Below, piece by piece: positions 1 through 11,341 of a stretch of 64,000 bases of DNA (position 1 is its first letter; the number at the start of each line of letters is the position of its first letter). The notes beneath the pieces were generated by a model, which did not search any database, was not told the origin of the DNA, and saw only the letters and a list, made by a program, of their open reading frames with translations. Made by a program: the position numbers and the translations under genes. Source of the stretch: Somniosus microcephalus (lineage: Eukaryota); NCBI GenBank assembly GCA_052327205.1, contig CM126210.1, positions 57,350,001 through 57,414,000 of the forward strand, given 5' to 3'.

Positions 1-289
1 AGGGCACTAATTTTAGCGGCCCGAAAAAGTTAGCGCCCTTCCGCCATAAATTCAGTAGTAGCCCCCCAAGCAGCAGGTAGGGCGATACTGGAAAGCACTC
101 CACCTCCTGCTTGGGGCGCTACTAATGAATTTCGCGCCGCTACGAGCGGCAGCATGTAGCGCCGCGTCATTGCAGGCCTCCTCCCCTTATTAAAGGGGAG
201 GGGCCTAACGCTGTGCACACTGGGACCCTGCAGGACCACCGGGGAGTGGGGCGCTAATGAGAGGCGCAAACCAACCCAATTTCTCCCCC
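1..289. mobile_element. GC-rich non-autonomous Harbinger-type MITE (cut by window start)
   Basis: Its end (gaggcgcaaaccaacccaatttctccccc) is the reverse complement of the start of the element at 21710; shares ccccttattaaagggg-like internal motif. Confidence 0.65.
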
Positions 290-510
290 ATAGAATCTTA
301 CAGCATAGAAGGAGGTCATTTGGCCCGTCATGCCTATGCCGCCTCTTTAAAAGAGCTGTCCAAATTAGTCCCACTCCCCAACTTTTTCCCCACAACCGGA
401 AACTCAAAATTGTACTCCCTATACCCAAGTCATTTATATATAACAAGAAAAGTAATGGTCCCAATACGGACGCCTGGGGGACCCCACTGCATACTTTCTC
501 CAGTCAGAAA
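289..510 (-). mobile_element. CR1 LINE 3' tail joined to an RT fragment (internally deleted)
   Basis: Tail matches copies at 27345, 28230 and 36470; minus strand reads GPLLFLLYINDL. Confidence 0.8.
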
Positions 511-615
511 TACTTTTCTGGTGTATATTTATTTCATTCCCTGTACTCAACTGTCGCTCGCTAGGAGCCGGCTATACTCTTGACAGATCATTAAATTTCT
601 TGATACCCCCTGGTT

Positions 616-2110
616 CATGGAAACATAGAAACATAGAAAATAGGAGCAGGAGTAGGCCATTCAGCCCCTCGAGCCTGCTCTGCCATTTAATGAGATCATG
701 GCTGATCATCCAAACTCAGTACCCTGTCCCTGCCTTCTCCCCATATCCCTTGATCCCTTTAGCCTTAAGAAATATATCTAACTCCTTCTTGAATATATTT
801 AATGAATTGGCCTCAACTGCCTTCTGTGGTAGATAATTCCACAGGTTCACCACTCTCTGGGTGAAGAAATTTCTCCTCATCTCTGTCCTAAATGGCTTAC
901 CCCTTATCTTTAGACTGTGACCCCTGGTTCTGGACTCCCCTGCCATCGGGAACATCCTTCCTGCATCTAGGCTGTCTAGTCCTGTTAGAATTTTATAAGT
1001 TTCAATGAGATCCCCTCTCATTCTTCTAAACTCCAACAAGTATAAGCCCAATCGACCCAATCTCTCCTCATACGTCATTCCTGCCATCCCAGGTATCAGT
1101 CTGGTGAATCTTTGCTGCACTCCCTCCATGGCAAGAACATCCTTCCTCAGATAAGGTGACCAAAGCTGCACACAATACTCAAGTGTGGTCTCATCAAGGC
1201 CCTGTACAACTGCAGCAAGACATCCTTGCTCCTGTACTCGAATCCTCTCGCTACGAAGGCCAACATATTATTTGCCTTCTTAACCGCCTGCTGCACCTGC
1301 ATGCTTACTTTCAGCGACTGGTGCACAAGGACACCCAGGTCTCATTGCACTTCCCCTTCTCCCAATCTATTGCCGTTCAGATAATAATCTGCCTTCCTGT
1401 TTTTGCCACCAAAGTGGATAACCTCGCATTTATCCACATTATACTGCATCTGCCATGCATCTGCCCAATCACCCAACCTGTCCAAATCATACTGGAGTTT
1501 CTCTGCATCCTCCTCACAGCACACACGCCCACCAAGCTTTGTGTCGTCTGCAAACTTGGAGATATTACATCTAGTTCCCTCGTCTAGATCATTAATATAT
1601 ATTGTGAATAGCTGGGGTCCTAGCACCGATCCCTGTGGTACCCCACTAGTCACTGCCTGCCACTTGGAAAAAGACCTATTTATTCCAACTCTTTGCTTCC
1701 TGTCTGCCAACCAGTTCTCTATCCAAGTCAGTACCTTACCCCCAATCCCATGTGCTTTAACTTCACACGCTAATCTCTTATGCGGGACCTTATCGAAAGC
1801 CTTCTGAAAGTCCAAATACACCACATCCACTGGTTCTCCCTTATCTATTCTACCAGTTACATCCTCAAAAAATTCCAGTAGATTAGTCAAGCACGATTTA
1901 CCTTTTGTAAATCAATGTTGACTTTGTCCGATCCTGTCACTGTTTTCCAAGTGCTCTGCTATTACATCTTTTATAAGGGACTCTAGCATTTTCCCCACTA
2001 CCGATGTCAGGCTTACTGGTCTATAATTCCCCATTTTCACTCTACCACCTTTTTTGAATAGTGGGGTAATATTAGCTACCCTCCAATCCATGGGAACTGT
2101 TCCAGAGTCT
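616..2110 (-). mobile_element. Young 5'-truncated CR1 LINE (HER1-like), RT domain with premature stop
   Basis: ORFs 1342-1890 and 716-1171 carry YLDFQKAFDKV, SGVPQGSVLGP, KFADD; (TTCTATGT)n tail; TGA at 1342 where the sister copy has CGA. Confidence 0.96.
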
Positions 2111-2959
2111 CTAAACGTGTTATTGCTGTACTTAAGCTATCCACCGCCTCTCTCAGATGGGGTATTGTCTCTGGTTGGGGATTATCCCCCTCACTCTGAA
2201 TACACGTATCCCACATTCATGTTTATATCTGGCAAACACAGCCTGGTTTCTTTCACACACCTGTCAAACCTCAAAGACATGGGCCCCCAATGGGCAGGAG
2301 TGGGGTTAAAATGATCAAAACAAGCAATGTGCCCACAACCCTCTGTGTACCTGGCCGCCACGATATTAACGACGGCAATTATCGAGACTGTCAGATCTCC
2401 TGCCTTGGAGAGGCGGGAGGCTCATTAGCATATTTAACTCGGGGGTCATGTAGTGCAATTGGGTGAGTAAAATAAAGCAGATTAGATCTTCTGTACCGAG
2501 AGACTAGAGGGAGTTTTGTTCCAAAGTATAAAGGTTTTAGTAAGAAATCACAATATAAGTAGTAAAGGTGTTAAAATACAAAGATAAAATTATAACATGC
2601 TAAATAACACGGTGAGATACTGGGAGCAGGATCAGCAAAACAGGGCACTCTTACTTCCCATGACGGTAACCAGATCTGATGTCGTCACACAGTAACAACC
2701 CACTCCCATGTATTTGTGTCTTGCTTTTCCCGTTTTCCATCTTTGAATACTAACAGTACACTTAGGAGAGTACGCATCCAGGGTAAAACCACAAGCTAAG
2801 AAAACTTTTTTTGCATAGAGGAAAATATGGCTTTGAGCTTTTCATTCTCCGTTCTTTCTGACCTTTGTAATGAAGAATATTGTTAAAATACAATTTACAT
2901 CCAAGGGTATAACATATGTGCTACAGCACAGAGCAGACCTTTTGACCCATCACGTCCTT

Positions 2960-4495
2960 AGAATTATCTGAGAAGGTAACCATATGGTGGATATGGAAAA
3001 TGAAGTGGATGTAATGTACATGGACTTTAAAAAGCCTTTGACAAGGTACCACATGGGAGATTATCAGAGGAGGTTAAGGGATATGGAATTAGGGAGAGGA
3101 TAGCAAACTGGATTAAAATTTGGCTAGAAGGGAGTTAAAGCAGATTTTCAGCATGGTTTGGAAGGTGTGTTCAGTTCCATGTGTGTACCAATGATTTGAT
3201 TGGCCCTGAAATTAGGATCGGGAGCTTGCCGCGCGTGCAAGCCCCCGATGTGCACTCACCTGGCTCGCCGACATCTGAAGCCCGGGCCTGCTTGCATTTC
3301 CTGTCCCTGGCCCGGTTCCGATGTCGGCGCGATGTGCTTACCTGATCCAGCGGCGTAGTTAGTGCGATGTGCCAGCTGGGATCAGGTGAGCACTCTGCAG
3401 CCAATCAGGGGAGGGGAAACTCATTCATGAGTTTGACAGTAAGAACTGTCAAACTCATGAAAAGTATGGGCTGCCAAAACACTACTTAAACTTTAAATAA
3501 AATTTAAAAAAACATCCCACTGATTATATATTGACTATAAATAAGTTTAAAAAAATATTTTAAACAATTAATCAAATTTTTGAAAAAAATAAATTTTTTA
3601 AAAATAGGGTCTAAAACTAAACTTACCTTACTGTAAATTCTTTAAAAATAATAAACCTGTGGAAACAAAATTTCTAAATTGTACTAAAAGATCACTTAGC
3701 TGTAAAACTAAGTACTTACGTCTGGTTTTTCCACGTGTAAAAACTGGAGGCCTTTACACTCGGGCAACTCTGGAAAAAAAAAGGAATTTCACTGCGCACG
3801 CGCTGCCTGTGCAGTCGCATGTGTTCTGCCTCTTAACCCTTTGGGTCAGAGGACAGGAAATGCCGGTTTTCAGCGCATGCGCTGTGCATGCTGAAAACCG
3901 GCAATTCCTCTGGGCACACGCGTGAGTACCCCGTCCGTACTCACGCGTTGTGACAGGAATTACTGGGCCAATATATCCTTGAGGGAGTGGCGAAATTTGC
4001 AGCTGATAGGAATTATGGAGAACCAAAGGAAACCAGAAAGGGAGATTGATCAGATGGGGAGCGGGCTAAAAATGATAGATGGAATTCAGTGACAGGAAGT
4101 GAGGTTATACATTTTGATTTTTAAAAAAATCAGTAATTATACTCTAGGCCCAGTGCTGTGGAAGAGCAGAGGTATTTGAGGTACAGGTTCATAGGACTGT
4201 AGAGGCAGGACCTCAGTATGATAAGGCTGTAAAAATAAGCTAATGGAATTCTAGGTTTTATCACAAGGGTTATTGAATATAAAAGCCAAGAGGTAATGAT
4301 GAGCCGATATAATACCTCAATAAGACCTCAGTTAGAACACTGTGTGCAGTATTGGGCACCACTCTATAGGTAGGATATTGAGCCTTTGGAGAAGGTACAA
4401 TACAGATTCACTAAGATACTCCCTGGTTTGAGGAAAACACCAATATGGACTAGTTGGACCAAATGGGATGTTTCTGTGTTGTAACGTCTCGCTAT
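2960..4495 (+). mobile_element. Old degraded CR1 fragment interrupted by a MITE
   Basis: Recognisable remnants of VDVMYMDFKKAFDKVPH and RPQLEHCVQYWAP on either side of 3202-3969. Confidence 0.75.
3202..3969. mobile_element. Multi-hairpin MITE, copy A (Harbinger-like TIR)
   Basis: TIR GGCCCTGAAATT / AATTACTGGGCC; GC-rich hairpin arms around an AT-rich core; homologous to 46403-47111. Confidence 0.85.
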
Positions 4496-4499
4496 TTAT

Positions 4500-4790
4500 A
4501 CGTACAAGTCTGTGTTGGCATTTTTCTCAACATGAGCTCCCCATACACTTTAAGATTCTTCTTTTTCACTATCTAGTTTCCTTTTAAAATAACTTATAGG
4601 TTTTGCTCCAACTACAGTTTGTGGCAGAGAATTACACATACTACCCACGCTTTATGTAAACATTTGTTTCTACCTTCTCCTTTAATTCTTTTTGTAATTA
4701 ACTTTGTGCCCCCCTGTCACTATCTTGTTCACAGGTGGAACCAATCACTATTTACTTGATCATAAACCATTATAATCTGAAACCCTTAGT
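4500..4790 (-). mobile_element. Old CR1 3' fragment
   Basis: Degenerate match to the reverse complement of the CR1 C-terminal/3' region. Confidence 0.55.
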
Positions 4791-5102
4791 GTAGGTTGGA
4801 ATGTGTTACATGACAGTAACACATTGAGAGGGGCTCAGCTGTAATCATCGAAAGCAGTTTATCAACATTAATCGAATTCTGCAATTGAATTATGAGATTG
4901 GACCCAAAGTGTTAATGATTTGAATTGCAGTATCAGGTATCATGTAAACTGAACTGCAGTGATATCAATTTTACTTCAGTGCATGTTGGAAGCACATACA
5001 CTACATATTGTAAAGAAATGTACTTTTTTCAGGCAATGTGTTCAACCGTTGTTGCTGAAATTCCATAAGAGATTTTGACTTAATGGGCTCTTTGGAGCCA
5101 TA

Positions 5103-5146
5103 GGGGGGAGGCGGGGGGCAGGGGGGGGGGCGGGGGGGTGGTGGAG
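5103..5146 (+). repeat. G-rich tract with G-quadruplex potential
   Basis: Several runs of 5-10 G separated by 1-5 nt. Confidence 0.75.
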
Positions 5147-5695
5147 GCACGTATCAAGTTTAGGTTCCAATCATTTGCATATATCTCAAATTGTTGATAC
5201 TAACAGATCTTGGCGTTTACCCACCAATGAGGCAGCAGTGTTAAAACAGACCCCTTTTATTAACATCCAGGCCCACAAAATTTAAACAAGGTGAAATGGC
5301 AAAAAAGACTGAATGACCTGGGCTGAGAGAGTTGGATTGCCAGGTATTGGCGGTGGGGCGGGGCAGGTTGAACATAAGTGACTTAAGTGTGTTACAGTGT
5401 TTTCAATCTTCCGCCCCAAATGCAGAAACACACTTTCATTCAGTTTTGAAACCTTCATGGCAACACATTGCAAATAAAGACCTTAACCAGTTTATATATT
5501 TACACAATAGTGTGTTTTGCACAAAATTATTTAGATGGTACACTTTGAAAAGGCAGAAAATGTATAGCAGTCTATTGTTTTGACTTGTTTCGCATTTTAA
5601 ACGTTGGTTACTCAATGAAGTTGGAAACTGAGATTCTGTTAATAAATAAGTCAACTAGAATGAAAAGTAATTGAACTGTGTATTTTAACGACCAG

Positions 5696-5867
5696 TGACA
5701 AGAGTAAACGGAGGACCAAAACAGTAAAGAAAAGCTTAGAGCCGAAATGGAACCAAACATTTATCTATTCTCATGTACATCGGCGAGACTTTCGAGAACG
5801 GATGTTAGAGATCACGCTGTGGGATCAGCCTCGAGTACAAGAAGAAGAAAGTGAATTTCTTGGAGAG
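5696..5867 (+). CDS. RIMS1: RIMS1 coding exon (C2A domain), 172 nt, phase 2 to 0
   Basis: accAG|T GAC...GGA GAG|GTaaaa; translates (S)DKSKRRTKTVKKSLEPKWNQTFIYSHVHRRDFRERMLEITLWDQPRVQEEESEFLGE, near-identical to RIM1 C2A as recalled. Confidence 0.97.
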
Positions 5868-7082
5868 GTAAAATAATGCATGCACTTTAAAATTTTATAC
5901 ATTTCTGCTATAAAAATACTCCCAGCATTGGTTGGGCATTGTGCTTCAGAAAGCCCTCTAACTGTAGTTTGCCGAATCCAGATTCGTGTCCAGGTTCATC
6001 TTATTTGCATGGACTGGTCTTCACCCAGGCAGGAATACTGCTTGGGAATCTGAGCGTTTGGGGGCGCCTCAGATAATGCTCTCTCCCAAGAATACATTAG
6101 AGATTCCTCTGGTACATTTCTTGTGCCAATGCGTCAAAGACTTTTCTCGAGGAGCTACCATGGTCCACACAGTAGGTGTGGGTCCTCAGATTTCTACCAC
6201 TAGTTTTTGAACTACTTTAATTTACATCTGCTTGTATGTGGAGATTGAGGAGCAATGTAAGATTACCTACCATAGCCAGAACCGTCCTCACTCTTTGGAA
6301 GAAATTCAACTTCCACACATAAAGCTCCCTCCAGGCCTGCCCCTCATTTCTCTTTAAACCTGGCACAGCTTGCAGCTACTCTGCTGCTATTGTATTATAT
6401 TTTTGTGCTCCTGCTGTTACTTAGGGTGTCAGTGCTAACTCCTGGTCAAGAGCCAAGCTAATGTTATACATTAGTAAAGTGCTCATAGCATTGTCTATGA
6501 TCAGATGATGATCATATGTTTTTTATATATACAAGATGGTGATAGAGTTCAGAGTGAGACTTCAGAAGCTCCCTCCACAGAGCCACATAGTGGCCAGAGC
6601 CTGCAACTACATTGTGATTGTTGACATATTAAAATTGAATGGAGAATGCTGACTTAGCAATTTACAATAGTAAGTGTTGACACAAAAGCGTGACTAAGGT
6701 TTGCAGACAGGAAGTATTTGTCCTAGCAAGATTTTAATAATAAACTAGATACTTCATTATTAGTTGCAGGGTATAAACTACTTAAAGGGACAATATCCTC
6801 AGGTGTTTTTCCTTGGTAGCATGGTGACAGGTTCAACTTCTTTCCAACAATGAGGCTGATAATCTACTTTTAGTTTCATTGGTTGTCTTGCCCTGATTTT
6901 TCTGATTTCAGCAGCTCAAGACCCATCACATTCCACGGAATATGACTATATCTGTCACTTATATCCTTATAATCCTCCATCCTGCTCCTAATTAGATATT
7001 TATCCAGCACTTTTTTACAGTTGTTTATCTACAACAATGGTTGATAATCGCTGGTATAGATCACATTGTTGCACTTTTGCAG

Positions 7083-7236
7083 ATCCTTATAGAGCTGGAG
7101 ACGGCATTGCTGGATGATGAACCACACTGGTACAAACTTCAGACACATGATGTATCTTCACTACCTCTGCCTCAGCCATCGCCCTACATGCCACGGCGGC
7201 ATGTCCATGGGGAAAGTCCTAGTAAAAGGCTACAAA
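7083..7236 (+). CDS. RIMS1: RIMS1 coding exon (end of C2A), 154 nt, phase 0 to 1
   Basis: ttttgcAG|ATC...CAA A|GTaggt; ILIELETALLDDEPHWYKLQTHDVSSLPLPQPSPYMPRRHVHGESPSKRLQ. Confidence 0.97.
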
Positions 7237-7799
7237 GTAGGTCATTGATAATTGCAGTCCCATTAGAGTTCCGTCATCTGTCTGGCTAGATTCTGAAGTA
7301 AATCCTCAGCATAACAGATACTCAGTTATTTTATTAATTGTGAATTAAGTTGACTGTGATGTATGTTTGAAATCACTGTGTAAAATATAATTGACTTTCA
7401 GTTAGTTTTACAATCAGGCTGTCCTGAAAATAAGGCTTTCTCTTTCCTAACCAGGAATATTATTTTAATTCATTTATTGTAATGTTTTACTAACTGCTAA
7501 ACTAGGGGACCCAACAGAAGACATTTAATCCTTAAAATAACGCACTTGGATAATAGCATCCAAACACGTGTTGATCTGAAGTTCCTCTCTTGGCTATTTT
7601 AGCAGTGGATCTTTCCTATTTAAAATAATTAGGTTAACGCTCTGTTAAAAAGGAGAGCGAGGATTTTCAGACAAACATGTTGAGCGTATATCCACTCATG
7701 TAATTTCAAGGCCCATATCAATACTCCATAAATGCTGTGTTCAGATTGTTCTTATTTTAGAAAGCAATTAAATGCTAGTTTTTAACTGGGAAAGTACCA

Positions 7800-8330
7800 A
7801 AGGCATGTACTGAATACATATATATTTCATATATTGAACTAACCTAACAAGTAAAATTGTCAACTTGTTCGTGCTCCTTTTTAAACACTGTGTGCCATAT
7901 TTTACTTTCTTAACTTTTGTCATTAATCACCCATGTAGAATCTTGTTAAAATTTTCTGAACATCCAAGTATATATCAACTTGATTGTTCACCGTGTCAGT
8001 GATGTCTTCAAAGAGATCCAGCCGGTTAGTTAAACATGAGCCCCCTTTCCTGAACCCCTGCTAACTATCCTGTGCAAGTGTTTATCAAATAAATTGCAGA
8101 TGTTAGACTTGCGTCTGCACAGCTCCCATTTGTGTCTCTTAATCCTTTTATAATAATGGCATTATTTTGGCCACTTTCCATTCCTCAGGAATCTCCCAGA
8201 TTGGCAGTTTATAAAAAAATGTCAGTTAATTCTGATTTCAGCCCCCATCTTCTTTGAGACTTTTAGATGCAAGTTGTTCGGACCAGGTAGTTTGTCTTTT
8301 TTAAGATCATCTAACCGTTTTATAATCATA
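7800..8330 (-). mobile_element. Old CR1 RT fragment
   Basis: Degenerate reverse-strand motifs (gttgatatatacttggat, caggggttcaggaaagggg, cctggtccgaac). Confidence 0.6.
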
Positions 8331-8892
8331 ATATCCATTATTTGTGTACAGTCTAGCCCCTCCTCTGGCATTTCTGAGCTGTTAACTTAATCTCAACTCA
8401 GAGATGTGTTACTGTTTTACAACATAATCCAGGCTGTGTTATTCTTTGTAATATAGAACACATTATTTTAATTTAAGGAAACTATAGTGTTCAAGGCTAT
8501 TAATACTTGGATTTGAAAAACAAAGAGCAGACTGCCTGGATGTACCACACAATTTGAATTGAAGTGCTGATGTCCCAAGTGATTTGACCATATCAATACT
8601 TACATTTATTTGCCTGCACGTTACTGGAGAAATAAATACCTACTATATACTCATGGGTGTGCGTGAGGATGCTGACAGCCAGCTTGCTCCAAGTCGTTAT
8701 GCTTGTCAGTATCCAAGTTTCAGGATTAAGGATTCCACAAATGATATGGAATACACCGGGGGAAGATGCCCTCTGTTTGTATCAAAATTGTAACTGTGAG
8801 TATAAGGAGCCCAATCACAATTCCACTATGAAAAACTAACCAAGGAAATGTTCCCCTACTCTCCAGGGGGGTGAGAAATGGTCATTGGAAAT

Positions 8893-9047
8893 CAAAACAG
8901 AAAAGTAATGGAAATGCACAGCAGGTCAGTCAGCATTTGATAGAAAAAGACGGATTCATATTCAAGCGTCACCACCCAAAGCATTAACCTCTCCTTCTCG
9001 TTCTGTTACTGGCTGACTTGCTATGCGTTTCCATAGCTGTCTGTTTT
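8893..9047. mobile_element. Degenerate palindromic repeat resembling the shark Penelope-associated inverted repeat
   Basis: Arms aaaacagaaaagtaatggaaatgcacagcaggtcagtcag and ctggctgacttgctatgcgtttccatagctgtctgtttt are reverse complementary. Confidence 0.5.
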
Positions 9048-9211
9048 CACATGGGGCACAGAAGACAATCCCAAACTAAATGAAATCACCATAATAGTAT
9101 TTAATTTTTTTTAAATGTGCCCTCAAGGCATTCTTCCAATTAATTATTTTGTGCAAGCTGCTGTGGAACTGCAAGCACTATAATAAAATAACAATGATGA
9201 TTCAAAATAAG

Positions 9212-10590
9212 CATAGAAACATAGAAGATAGGAGCAGGAGTAGGCCATTCGGCCCCTCGAGCCTGCTCCGCCATTCAATGAGATCATGGCTGATCATCCA
9301 AATTCAGTACCCTGTCCCTGCTTTCTCCTCATATCCCTTGATCCCAACATACCATTTGCCTTCTTAACCGCCTGCTGCACCTGCATGCTTACCTTCAGCG
9401 ACTGGTGCACAAGGACATCCAGGTCTCGTTGCACTTCCCCTTCCCCCAATCTATTGCCATTCCGATAATAGTCTGCCTTCCTGTTTTTGCCACCAAAGTG
9501 GATAACCTCACATTTATCCACATTATATTGCATCTGCCATGCTTCTGCCCAATCACCCAACCTGTCCAAATCATCCTGGAGTTTCTCGGCATCCTCCTCA
9601 TAGCACACACGCCCACCCAGCTTTGTGTCATCTGCAAACTTGAAGATATTACATCTAGTTCCCTTGTCTAGATCATTAATATATATTGTGACTAGCTGGG
9701 GTCCTAGCACCGATCCCTGCAGTACCCCACTAGTCACTGCCTGCCACTCGGAAAAAGACCCGTTTATTCCAACTCTTTGCTTTCTGTCTGCCAACTAGTT
9801 CTCTATCCAAGTCAATACCTTGCCCCCAATCCCATGTGCCTTAACTTTACACTCCAATCTCTTATGTGGGACCTTATCGAAAGCCTTTTGAAAGTCCAAA
9901 TACACCATATCCACTGGTTCTCCCTTATCTATTTTACCAGTTACATCCTCAAAAATTCCAGTAGATTAGTCAAGCACGATTTACCTTTTGTAAATCCATG
10001 TTGACTTTGTCCGATCCTGTCACTGTTTTCCAAGTGCTCTGCTATCACATTCTTTATAATGGACTCTAGCATTTTCCCCACTACCGATGTCAGGCTTACC
10101 GGTCTGTAATTCCCCGTTTTCTCTCTACCACCATTTTTGAATAGTGGGGTTATATTAGCTACCCTCCAATCCATGGGTACTGTTCCAGATTCCATCGAAT
10201 GTTGGAAGATGACCAGCAATGCATCTACTATTTCTAGGGCCACTTCCTTAAGTACCCTAGGATGTAGATTATCAGGCCCTGGGGATTTATCGGCCTTCAA
10301 TCCTGTCAATTTCCCTAACACCATTTCCCTACAAATACTGATTTCTTTCAGTTCCTCCCTTTCATCATAAGAACATAAGAAATAGGAGCAGGAGTAGGCC
10401 AATCGGCCCCTCGAGCCTGCTCCGCCATTCAATAAGATCATGGCTGATCTGATCCTAACCGCCAATCAGACCCTATGTTCCCCGACATCTCTGGTAGGTT
10501 ATTTGTGTCCTCCTTTGTGAAGACAGAACCAAAATATGTATTTAATTGGTCTGCCATTTCTTTGTTCCCCATTATAAATTCCCCTGAATT
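9212..10590 (-). mobile_element. Young CR1 LINE, same subfamily as 616-2110, with ~0.5-kb internal deletion at ~9345
   Basis: ORFs 9294-9794 and 9941-10465 (KSPGPD, NYRPVSLTSV, QHGF, KFADD); near-identical to the 616 copy. Confidence 0.96.
10366..10467 (-). mobile_element. ~100-bp CR1 3' tail nested inside the CR1 ORF
   Basis: cataagaacataagaaataggagcaggagtaggcc... interrupts the otherwise continuous ORF2. Confidence 0.85.
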
Positions 10591-11269
10591 CCATAAAGAA
10601 AATCCAGCCCAAGAATTTGGTCTGAAGACGTGACCCATGTTTCATATGTTTTGACTCATTCAATACCAGTATCAGCATGCTGTAGATTTGGTATTGTTAA
10701 CCATCTGTCACTTGGAACCAGCATAAAATCAAAAAATATTCAAGATGTTAGGGTAAATTTTACAAGTGTACTCTCGTGCCATGGGGCCTTGCCTGCTGCA
10801 ACTGCACATTGGGAATTTGTGTGTATGTCCTCCACAATTTTCTGTTGCTTAATAGATGAAAAATCATGACGTGTGCAGGATTGTATATGTGTACAATTTC
10901 CCAGTGTGCGCTCATAGAGGGTACTGTTCCGCATCAGGAGCAGTGTTGGTGTAATTTGCCTTGTTATGTTCAGAGTTTAATTCTTGCTTTATTTCTGTTT
11001 GCAAAGTAAAACACAATGATTAGCTAATTGCATGTCTATTATCCATTTAGTTTAAACTGATCTACCCTTTTTGTTACAGAGAGCATACTAAAAACTCGTG
11101 TTGTTAAAAATATAGATTAATTCACCAGTTTTTAATTTTCTAGCTTACTTGTTTCATAGCTCACCTAATACACTTATACTATAAAGCATTTCTGATTAAA
11201 GATTTTACCATAAGTGTTAATGAGCCCACACGCATAGCTGTTTTGTCTGTTTGTTCCATCACTACCCAG

Positions 11270-11341
11270 GATCTCAGCGAATCATTGATAGTGACATCTC
11301 AGATTATGATGTTGATGATGGTATTGGAGTGGTCTCGTCAG
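11270..11341 (+). CDS. RIMS1: RIMS1 coding exon, 72 nt, phase 1-1
   Basis: cccAG|GA TCT...TCA G|GTgggt; (R)SQRIIDSDISDYDVDDGIGVVSS matches RIM1 RSQRISDSDISDYEVDDGIGVV. Confidence 0.95.

Noticed and set aside
1156-1807. ORFs antisense to the CR1 RT (also 9405, 19952, 20037)
   Set aside because: Antisense shadows of LINE ORF2, repeated in every copy
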